In this document: positions 49,245 through 64,000 of the stretch, in pieces
Position numbering within the stretch: position 1 is the first letter of the stretch
Layout of the letters: every line of letters begins with the position of its first letter
NCBI GenBank assembly: GCA_033442325.1
Contig: JAWQFM010000026.1
Coordinates: forward strand, 120,463 to 184,462
DNA: 64,000 bases
From: Salpingoeca rosetta
Taxonomy: Eukaryota > Protista > Choanoflagellata
Direction: 5' to 3'
Notes under the pieces: model-generated
The model's input: only the letters and a program-made list of their open reading frames with translations
What the model was told of the DNA's origin: nothing
Database searches by the model: none
Program-made: the position numbers and the translations under genes

Positions 49245-49566
49245 TGGGCCGCTGTTCTTGTGTTCGCTCTGTCTCCTCGTTGCTGTTTGCTTGCCTGCAG
49301 GCACGTCTCTTGCTCTCTCTCGTCTCGATGTGTGTGTGTGTGTGTGTGTGTGTCTTTGCGGTCTGAGTGTTTGTGTGTTTGTGTGATGATGTGATGATGA
49401 TGTGGATGTGGATGTGATGTGAGCCATGAATAAAGTGATGAGTGTGTCTGCTCGCGCAAAACGTTCCTCTCAACACAACAACGGCAAAACACAAACAACT
49501 TCGCTGCAGTTCGCAGCTTGTAGACAATTTGCATTATTTTATACAATTTTCGGCGCAACACTCAGC

Positions 49567-50042
49567 ATGGCGGATCGCGAGTGCCTGCGCTGGGGACTGC
49601 TCACCAAGCAAGGTTGGTGTGATGAAGGATGATGTTGCTTGCGTGAACGGACAAGGAAGCGTGATGATGGAGATGATGAGCGGGAGGGGGGTGGGTGGCG
49701 GTGGTGCGCGCAGACGGCACCATTGACTGGGTGCATGTTGTTGCTGCGTGCCTATCGTTGGTGCAGGCTCACATTTACATGCATACACACAAATACATAC
49801 ACACACATATGCGCGATGGTGGTGTGCAGGTGGAAGCGTTCGCACATGGAAGAAGCGGTTCTTCATCTTGACGAGGGAGAACGACGAGCTCAAGTTCTCA
49901 TATTACAAGCCCAAGGGAGCGTCAACTGGGCGAAAGAAGAAGGCGTTTGCCTTTTTCAGTGGCAAGAAAGAGGCGCCCACCCCGCCCACGTCGCCCGCAG
50001 TGGACGACAATCCCCACCTCTACACGGACGACCATCCTCTCG

Positions 50043-50073
<31 letters not shown>

Positions 50074-51337
50074 TGCGTGTGTGCTTGCGTGTGTGTGTGT
50101 GTGTGTGCTTGCGTGTGTGCTTGCGTGTGTGCTTGCGTGTGTGTGTGTGTATGCTTGCGTGTGTGTGTGTGCTTGCATGTGTGTATTTGTGTACTTGCTT
50201 GTGTGTGTGTGTGTGTGTGCGTGTTTGCTCTCTTTTATCTCTCCCTCTCTGTCTGTGTGTCTCTCTGTCTCTCTCTATCTGTTTGCGTGTGTGTGCGTGT
50301 TCGCGCGTGTCACAGACCAGTCTGCCTACGATGACTGATGGTGCAGCAATGCTGTTGGGGATGCAGGGTGCTTCTATTTGAGCAGGCTGCAGTGCTTCCA
50401 TGTCTATGAGATGCCGGAGAAGGGCAAGCGCATGCTTCGCATCTTCGCAGAGCAGCGCGTTTTCTACATGTTTGCCGACACGTAAGTGGTGTGGATGAGT
50501 GGCAAGACGCACGACAGCGTGCTTCGTGACGTGTCCCTGTGCGACTGTGCGTGTGTTGGCGGCCTCAGCCATGCATTTCCTTAACTTGAGTGTGTATGAT
50601 CATGGTATCGCGTGTATACCAGGGACCAAGAGCTGGAACCGTGGATCTATGCGATACGAGAGACGCTGCAAAGCATCGACACAAAAGGCAACTTGGTCCG
50701 TCTCAGCGGTCGTGCGTGCGTGGGAGGAGTCCAGGGACTGAGCGGTGGTATCCGACACACGTAGGCATGTATTCTGGTCATCTCATGTCGTGAATACACA
50801 TATGGGTGTCTGTGTGTGTGCCTGTGTGTGCCTGTGTGTCTGCGTGCAGGCTGCGCCCATTCGCATGAAAGGAGAACTAAAGAAGCGGCCGTCTCTTCGC
50901 CGATGGTACACTACCCACACTCTGCTCATATGTACTTGCGTGTATGTATGTATGTATGTACGTACACCTCTCTGTATGTGTGTATCTGTGTGTGCGACGC
51001 ATGTTCTGACGCGTGCGACTGCGTTGTCAGGTTTGTGCTGAGCGGGGATGTGCTGCTGTATTATCCGCCCGACACACAAGCAACCGTCGACCCGCGAGGT
51101 ATGTGTGTAAATCCTCGTCTCGTACATATGTGTGTGCATGCCTCTGTGCGTGCATCAGCAGCAGTCGCAGCAGCAACAGCCCATAAGTTGCCGTCACGTT
51201 TCAACCTCCATGCCGTCACGCCTGCTGTTGCATATTCTGTGTTAGGTGCGTTTGTGGTGGAAGGCGCCACAGCGTTCCCAATCACCACCGAATCTCCAAG
51301 CGCTTTTGACTTTGACATCAGATGCAAAGTGGGTTGA

Positions 51338-51402
<65 letters not shown>

Positions 51403-52194
51403 AACACGTCATTCAACGACGTCCTCACCCGGAGCCCGCTCACCTTTCACCGTCATCACTACCATCGCCACAGCGCCACACGCTGCGACTATCTGCGCCG
51501 TCGTACCTTGAGCGCCAGCTGTGGCTGCAGCATCTTGAGACTGCGGGCTGCACCGTGCTCCCCCACCCGCCACCATCGCTGCCATCATCGTCGTCGCCAT
51601 CATCATCACCGCGTGGCGCTCGCAGACACAATGGCCCAAACATGGACAACGTACGCACGCACACACGCAAAAGCACGCACACACACACACATAAAAGCAC
51701 GTACACATGCACACGTTTCCCCACGTGCGTGTGTGTGTGTGTGCGTGCTTTTGTGTGTGTGTGTGTATGTGTGTGTGTGTGTCGGTCGACAACCTTGCAT
51801 GCATTGCCGCTCACTACCACCACTACCACCACTGCCATCACCATTATTTGTCCCGCCCGCCCAGATGGACTCGGATGCGAGTGATGATGACGAAAGTGAG
51901 GCGGGGTTACCGCCAGCACTGCGCACATGTACGCTCATGCGTTGTCATCATCATCATCACAGTGTCATGGTGCTGATATGCCCGCAATAGGCGCCATGCT
52001 TGCACATTGGCGCACATGCAATACGCAACACACTATCAAGAACATGCACACGCAAGCACCGCACACTCATCTCACCGACGTCCTGCCAAACACTCGCCCA
52101 CCAAACACACCGCCACACGACGCTCATTCCAGATGAGATTCCTGTCACGCGCGACGTGCGCGCCCGAACAGCGCCACCAGCAAAGACTAACGTA

Positions 52195-52231
<37 letters not shown>

Positions 52232-52233
52232 GC

Positions 52234-52318
<85 letters not shown>

Positions 52319-52684
52319 GGTGCTGCTGCTGTTGGTGCTGTTGATGGCGTGAATGCACACACACATACACACGCACGCACGCACGCGCGCGCATTTGCAC
52401 ACACATGCATTCACGTACCCTCACTCGCACACGCGCACACGCCATCGCGTGCACAGTCAATGCTGCCGACACGCGATGCGTTCAACGTGTGGGCGGCGCC
52501 AACGTTCTTGGACGTTCACAACGCATTTGAGCCTGCGTGCCTCGCCTCTCTTCTCAAGACAAGACAGCAGCAGGAGGTGGGATACCAGAATTGCTGTGCC
52601 GAGTTGTTGGTCCTTTCTCCACTCGCTGTGATGACCACTGTCACTGTCTACACATATCCTCACTCTTTGATGCACTTGCCCAAT

Positions 52685-52755
<71 letters not shown>

Positions 52756-53227
52756 TATGCTCACTCGCCTAATCTCTTCCTCCCTCACCCACATACACTC
52801 TCTCGAACACGTCCCAGCTTCTGAACATGAGCACGACGGGCATGAACGCTGCGACCACGGGCACATCGCCACCGTCAACATCATCGCAGCCATCATCATC
52901 ATCATCATCATCACAACCACCATCGTCATCGTCGTCGCGCCCCAACGGCGGGGAGCGGCCTGATCTGCTGCGGCAATCGCGCGTTGACTCTGTGGGCCTC
53001 AAGTCGCTCAGTGTTCGCTGGGCGCGCACAGCATCGCAGCCGGCATCGTCAGACACGCTGCAGCGCGCAAGGAAGAACAGGGGCGCGGCTGTTGGTGGTG
53101 GTGGTGGTGGTGGTGTTGGCGGCACGGCGATGAAGGCTGTGAAGGAAGGTGTGGCGGTGGAGAGCGGTGGTCGTGGGGACCGCGTTGGTCATGGTCATGG
53201 TGTCGAGGATGATGGAGATGATAAACA

Positions 53228-53258
<31 letters not shown>

Positions 53259-53371
53259 GAACAGGAGCAGCCGCAAGCGCCGCCACGACGACACCGCAGG
53301 TCAAAGCCTGGCCGCCCGTCCTCGTCATCCTCGCCGTCGTCTTCGCCGCAACTACCACGTGCATCACAACT

Positions 53372-53410
<39 letters not shown>

Positions 53411-53537
53411 TAAGAAAAAGGTGGCAGACTTGCCGCCGAGCAATCCGTTCTCGCAGTCGGCGATGGAACAACACGACCAGCAACAGCAGCAGCAACAGCA
53501 GCACCAGCAGCAGGAGCAGGAGCAGCAATGCCAATGA
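49567..53537 (+). CDS. Tandem PH-domain protein with low-complexity S/Q-rich tail, ~12 exons; 3' end uncertain
   Basis: PH1: RWGLLTKQG|[22 protein letters not shown]|[15 protein letters not shown]2: [15 protein letters not shown]|[14 protein letters not shown]|[24 protein letters not shown]. Confidence 0.82.
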
Positions 53538-53839
53538 CAGCGTGTGTGTGCATGTGCGTCTGCATCTTTGTCATGTCATGCTCTGCAATACACAGAAAGT
53601 CGTTAATGACTCATTGTGATGACTCATCCACGTTTCGCTGAGTCCTGCCACTGACACACCACACATTGACACACACACCTGTCACACACAACACATTGAC
53701 ACACACACACAACACTGAACCACACCACACATTGACACACACAACACTGAACCACACCACAGACACCCAAACACACACATACACAACACGCATTTCCCCC
53801 TCTCCCTGCTTCTCCCTGCTTCTTGGCGTGTCGTCGACT

Positions 53840-55688
53840 ATGGAGGCCGTTGCTGTACGAACACTTGGTTATGCAAGTGTGCATGTGCACTGCTTTACTG
53901 TGAGCGACCAGCACACCATGGACCAGGTGCACGGAGCCCTGCGTGTGGCGGCAGTCACAAACAACCACCTCCGGGGAGAGCACGAGGAGCTGGACTATTC
54001 CGAGAGGCTTAGGCCTCTCCATCATGAGGCGTTTGGAGACCGGTTCACCAGGCACTTGGTCGACCAACGGCCAGCCTTGGACACCTTGAAGGCCACCATA
54101 CACCCCGACGAAGGGTACGCAATGCCGTGCCGCAGTTTGTTGCTTGTCCCCTTGTTCCCGCGATCGCTCTTATTGTTTCCGATGCAAACAAGCAGCCACA
54201 AGCCACCTTGTTCTTCCGATCCCTCACAAGTTGCCTGTATGCACGTCTCGTGCCCTGTCGTTCCGGCCGTGTGCTTCTCGCTTCTCTAGATGCGAGGTGT
54301 CTGGCCTCATCGATGAATACGAGGGGCATTACATGACTGGCGAAATGTACTACCACGCATCAGGTCACGCGGCCGTGATCCGGAGAACATCCCCTCGCTC
54401 AAGGTGGATCGACGTGCTCGTGCCACGAGGAACAAGCGACGAGACGGTGGGTGCGCAAGCTTGCCTTCCCTTATGACTGTGCAGTGGAGGTGTTTTGGTG
54501 CTGGCCATTCGCGTGGTCGCTGTTGGTGTTGGTGTCATTGATGTCGATGTGAATGGTCTTGACAGGGCGGCAGTCACGCTTGGCACCTCACCTCCATTTG
54601 TTGTCTTTTTCTCTCTCTGCCCACCCTGAAATAGGTGCGGGATGCCATACACGAAGAGCAGAGGGCACATGTCAACCGAAAACCACCGGTGCGTTGGCAA
54701 TGCGCGCGCGTGTGTGTGCGTGTGTCTGTGTGTCTGTGTGTGTCTGTGTGTCTGTGTGTGTGTGTGCGTGTGTGTGCATGTGTGCGTGCACGCGCTTGTG
54801 CAATGATCCACACATCTCTTCGCACGCACACGCACTCTCTCATGCACACGCGCGCTCTCATCCACACACACACGCACGCACACACACCCCATATGATTTC
54901 AGGTGGTGCCAGTTCCAGTCGCGCGCATGCCCTGGTTCAGCCCCTCATACCAATGGCACTCAGCACAGTTCTCTCTCGGCTTCCTCATGGACAGCAAACT
55001 GCGGTGGCACCATGTTGGGGGAGCAGGTGTCAACGCGTACACGGCAGACATCACCAACAGCGACATTGACCTCGCCCAATTCATCCGCACATCCCTCCGT
55101 GAGAGCGGCCTCCGTGTCACGCGCGTCACGCTGTACAGATCCGAGTCCACCCTCAACGGTTTCCACTCCCACAACCACAACCTCATGCATCGCTATTGGA
55201 ATGGCCACGGCAACCCGGTCCTTGCTACCTTTCCGGTACCAGACGAACTTGAGCCGCACGTGTGCGTGTGCAACACTTCATCCCCCTTCCCTGGTTACTG
55301 TGCCCCGCGCATCATGCTCGCATGGCATGGCACGACAGATTCGCAAGCGTCACGCAGCATCATGCTGACTAACCTGGCCAACTACTGGCAGCAGGGGAGA
55401 GAAGACACGGCATACTTTGGCAGTGGCATGTGCTTCACACCGCAGCCAGATTATGCAGCCCATTACTCAATGTTCCGAGGCACACGCGACTACCCCAGCC
55501 ATGATGGCAACAACGATGACGGGAGTCATGACGAGAGTGATGACGGGAGTGATGATGGTGCGAGCGAAGCCACCGAAACCAGTGGCACCACAAGTGCTGA
55601 TCGAGTCAGTGAGATCAGCGATGCTGGTGATTCAAACGATGGCGTTGGTGGTGTGACTGCCAACGCCGTTGCAGCTGTTGCTGCTTGC

Positions 55689-55732
<44 letters not shown>

Positions 55733-56372
55733 CGACGACGACGACGACGATGACGGCAGTGTTGATGCTGGCAGTGTTGATGGCACTGCTGGTGGCGGTG
55801 GAGGGGTTGTGCGAGATGAACGCGGTGCTGGTGACATCGGCAGAGGTGATAGAGGTGATGATGGTGCTCACGATCATGCCGACAGTGACGGCTGTCAGCA
55901 GCCAACACAATCAGCGCAACCAACAATACGGTCGACAGCACATCCAACAGCACACCCAGGCGTGGTCAGGCTTGTGCTGTGCGCGCTCTCCCTCGGAAAC
56001 ACTCGGGTCATCACACGAGACGACTATGTACCGTCCCCTCACATCCCACAGCATGAGCAGAGCGGGGTCATGCATGAGTCACTCACCGACATGTACCAGT
56101 CCCACTACGCGCGCGTGGACGAGAATTGCCACTGCCCGGCGCCTGGCAAACTGTGGCACTATGAGGAGATCATCATCCCACAGGAGAGCCAGATTCTGCC
56201 GCTTGTGGAGGTTCATGCAACGTTCACAGGCCCACAACCACGACCCATGCCCATCTTTAGGCGACAGCAGCACGTTCCCGCTGCAGATGGTGAGGGCGAT
56301 GGTGGTGTCAGTGACAGCGAGTCACGCGACACGCCTGAGACCCCCATTACACCTGAGGTGCAGCAGGAATAG
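53840..56372 (+). CDS. Putative ubiquitin-like N-terminus + PARP-type (ARTD-fold) ADP-ribosyltransferase domain; exons 53840-54114, 54290-54446, 54635-54688, 54903-56372
   Basis: Splice phases are compatible. ART motifs: LAWHGTT (55323-55328), YFGSGMCFT..YAAHYS, LVLCALSLG, YQSHYA, HYEEIIIPQESQILP. An acidic insert occupies ~55500-55950. Confidence 0.75.
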
Positions 56373-56402
56373 CAGCATTCTCGCTGTGCGTGATTGTTTG
56401 TT

Positions 56403-56476
<74 letters not shown>

Positions 56477-57103
56477 CGTGCGTGTGTGTGTGTGCGTGTG
56501 TGTGTGTGTGACTTTGTTCGTTTCACCTCGTTTGGAACCATGCATGATCGTTCACAAGCAGCAACAGCTGCGTTTTGTTCTTGCTTGTCTACTTGTCGTT
56601 TGACCCTTACTTTCTCCTGCTTTACCCTTTCCCTTGCTACATCATGCTTCGGCCTCTGCACACACTCTCTCTGTTTTTGTGTTTCCATCCAACCATGCGT
56701 TCATCACGTCACGGTCGTGTGCGCGCGCAAGGCTGAAGCGTAGCTTTCAATTCATCAGTTACGAACAACTCAATAAGAGAAGAAACGGTAACAACCAAGC
56801 ACATCGTGCAATGCAATAGCAGACAAGAACGCACACACACACACACACACACATACACACACACACCATCAAGTTGACTAGGGAGCGAAAGCAAGAAAGA
56901 AGCGCAGAGCGCATATACATACACACATGAGAGGGAGCAAAGCGGAATAAAGTGTCATCACACACACTTCGACAGACAAGCGACACATACCGAACAACCA
57001 TGAATGTCAAGAAGCTGTCATATGGCGACACACACGACACACGACGTATGCAGACACACATGCACTCACACAATGTACACTCACACAAGTCACAACGAGA
57101 CAG

Positions 57104-61052
<3,949 letters not shown>

Positions 61053-61942
61053 CCTTGCGCTCAACTGCTGCTGCTGCTGCTGCTGCTTGTTGGTTACGTT
61101 AAGTTACGGTACGCTGCAGTGTGCACCACTTCTCTTCCTTCTCCTTTGGCGTCGTGCACTTGCGTCTGTATTCGCCTCACAGCAACGCCTGCCTATCTGC
61201 ACCCACCAGCACCCACCACCACGCTGTTGGCTGGACGTGTCTCTGCTTGTCTGTCACCAGCCACCAACGACACAACAATGGGCTGGAATGGAAGCCTCAC
61301 CACCACAGCACACGGCCGCACAGCAGTCTCACGACCTGTGTCGGTCGTTGTTTGTTTGGCGCGCGGCACACACAGGCAGGGAGCTGGTTTGAACGGTTGG
61401 CGCCAAGGGACGATTGAATGAATAATGCGCACTTCTGCTCTTGTTGTTGGTGCGAAACATACACTGTCTATCAATTAGGGCGAACCGCCTGCCCGATCCC
61501 GTTAGCTGTGCATCAAACCTTTCCAGAACACAAACAAGAAAACTTGAACGACAGCGACGACAGCGACAACTGGCTGGTGTTTGGTCCGTGTGTGCGTGGG
61601 TGTGTTGCTTGCTTAACAGCAGCTGCTGTTTGTTGTTGTTGTTGAGAACAACGCCGCTCACATCAAGGCATCAAAGGACGCTCTCATCATCTCAAAGGGA
61701 CGCTCTCATCAAACCAAAAAACAAGCTGACTAAGGCCACAATCACCCGCTGGTCTACGCCACGCCTCGTGTGTCTGCTGTTCATTTCCCTGTTGAGTAGT
61801 AACATAACAAGAGACGAAGCAGAACTAGAACCAACAGCAACAGAAAACAACACCCAGCAGAACCAGCAGACAGACACAGCACCACCAACAGAAACAACAT
61901 CCAGCAGAACCTGGAAGCCAGCAAGCAGAGAGCAAAACAAGG

Positions 61943-63582
61943 ATGTTGTTGGAGGTCAAGGCGATGCACTCGCAGCGCGTTGTGCTGGAGGATGTTGACA
62001 CGAGCGAGGACTTCACCGTGGGCGCCGTGGTGGAGGCGCTGCAGCAGAGCGGCCGCATCCCAAACCAGCTGGTGGAGACGGCCAGGAAAGACCTAGCACT
62101 GGTCATCGTGCGCCCGAACGACGGCGCATGCCTTGTCCCTTCGCAGGCGCAAACATGGTCGTCCCTCGAGATCAAGCCCGAGGACACCCTCATGCTCATT
62201 TCGCGACACGAGGAAGCCATGCACCTCCTGCAGTTTGAGGTGCGTGCATAGACGCGTTTGTATGTGTTGTGCGCGTACCTCTGTGTGTGTGTGTGTGAGA
62301 GAGAGAGCTTGAGGTGTGTATCCGGTCTGGTGGCAGTGCTTGCACACACACACACACACACATGCGAACACACACATACACATACACATACATGCATGCA
62401 TTGTTCATTGCACCACGATGGTGACGACTTGCCCATTGTTCGGAGCCTTTGAAAGCCAGACACGTGTATCCCTTCCCTTGCAGCTCCCTCGCACTTTCTC
62501 ACATTTTCTCACATTTGCTCACACTTCGCACTTGATGTCGCACCCCACCGCACATTTTCTCCGCCGTCCATCCCCCGCAGCACACGACCTCCGAGGTGGT
62601 CATGATGACGCAGCTGAAGCAAGCGCAGCGGCTGGGCCTCCTGTCCTCGGAAGAGTACCGCGTGCTCGTCCGCATCGCACGCGACCAGCACCACCCCCTG
62701 CACACGGGCCTGCGCCACATCCACGCCGCCTTTGGCACGGACCTGCAGGACCTGGTGGAGGAGGCACGCGATCTCCTCATGACATCCGGCGCGTCGGGCC
62801 TGGTGTTTGACGGGCGCGAGCAGCAGCAACCGTCACCGTCACCGTCCCAGACACAATCGCACCCACCATCACTCTCCCAGTCGCAATCGCAACAGCCGCC
62901 AAAGTCACAGCAGCAGTCACAGCAGCAGCGCCCTGCACGGCCGCAAGCACAACATGCGCAGCCGCCCCCATACTCAACAGCAGCGAACACCACCAGCGCA
63001 GCCAGCACGAGCAACAGCAAGGCTGCCAGTGGCAGTGGCAGTGGTGGTGGCGGCACTGGGCGCACGCGCGTGTTTCTGCAACACGTGCCACCGACAACAC
63101 AGCATGACATCATGTGGATGATGAGCACGCTGATTATTGCGTTTTTCTCGTTTATGGCCATGATGACGCACGTGTTCTTCATCAAGGAGAGCAGCGTGTT
63201 TCTCGGGCCGGTCATCCACGGCCTGGCGGGCCTGCTTGCCCTGTACGAAGTGTTTGGGTGCAGGTCCCTCTTGGGCTACGACCCCTTTGTCCATGCCATT
63301 GGACACGGCGTCCGGGATTTTCTGCTTGTGGCGTTTACGTTCAACGCAACGCTGGACATGTATGCGTTTGCAAACGCGCCCCACCTCACCTTCTCCACGC
63401 TGACAACCAACTTCTTTGGCGTGCTGGTGACGCTGGTGTGGCTGATTGCGCTTCGCTGCTCCTGGAAGTCGGCGCCGGAAGCCGATTCCGTCATGGCCCT
63501 CACGCTCTCGCTTATGACCCTCTTCTGCACCTCTGTCATCCACAACCTCGTCCACCTCGACCTCACACCCGCGCCCATCTGA
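61943..63582 (+). CDS. Uncharacterised protein: ubiquitin-like N-terminus, small helical domain, S/Q linker, ~5-6 C-terminal TM helices; exons 61943-62239, 62581-63582
   Basis: Phase-0 GT-AG intron. MLLEVKAM..TVGAV..QTWSSLEIKPEDTLMLI resembles the ubiquitin fold. Hydrophobic segments run from IMWMMSTLIIAFFSF to LTLSLMTLFCTSVIH. Confidence 0.78.
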
Positions 63583-63668
63583 CATGCTGCCTGTTTGTGA
63601 TGTGCTGTGTTTGTGTGTTGGGTGTTGGGTTTAGGGGTTGTCTTTGTCTGTCTGTCTGTGTGTGTGCA

Positions 63669-63707
<39 letters not shown>

Positions 63708-63960
63708 ACAGTGTGACAGCTGATCTTTCATCATCTCTTCCTCTGCATTCTGCTACCTTCCTGTTACACAATCACGCACATGCACATGTGTACACGTGCG
63801 CTCCTGCGCAGCTGGGTGCACGTCGCTGAATCACCCTTGATCTGTTCATGCACTTTCGTTTATTATTCTTCGCTTAGAGCCGGCAGTTACCATTACACCT
63901 GAAATGATATAGATGTACACGGACAAGGCACAACACTGAACACATTCACGCACACACACA

Positions 63961-64000
<40 letters not shown>

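Overview
This is a gene-dense, intron-rich eukaryotic window whose introns are saturated with (TG)n/(CA)n microsatellites. The style and gene content suggest a choanoflagellate such as Salpingoeca rosetta (inference, not verified). It has five N-gaps. About 16 spliced genes were reconstructed by hand: AP-2 alpha-adaptin 3' end (+), a YbaK/ProXp-like domain (-), an ELO fatty-acid elongase (-), myosin I (+), GH27 alpha-galactosidase (-), an intronless beta-propeller/mucin/TM receptor-like gene (+), a giant coiled-coil GAS2(GAR)-domain gene with a 714-bp tandem array (+), NME6 (-), purple acid phosphatase (+), SNX29-like RUN-PX (+), LAMTOR3-like (-), a short inverted paralogue of the GAR gene (-), a tandem-PH protein (+), a ubiquitin-like + PARP-type ADP-ribosyltransferase gene (+), CDC45 (-) and a ubiquitin-like multipass membrane protein (+). 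The most notable items are: (1) the inverted long/short GAR-rod gene pair, with a homogenised core, diverged ends and a 34-heptad repeat; (2) the Ubl-ART gene with an atypical H-C-E triad next to a PH-PH gene; (3) a bacterial-type propeller receptor with NPxY and PDZ-binding motifs in its tail; (4) a strong 5'-(UG)n / 3'-(CA)n polarity in introns; (5) a possible elongase-YbaK fusion across a gap. Most ORF-track entries are microsatellite artefacts.
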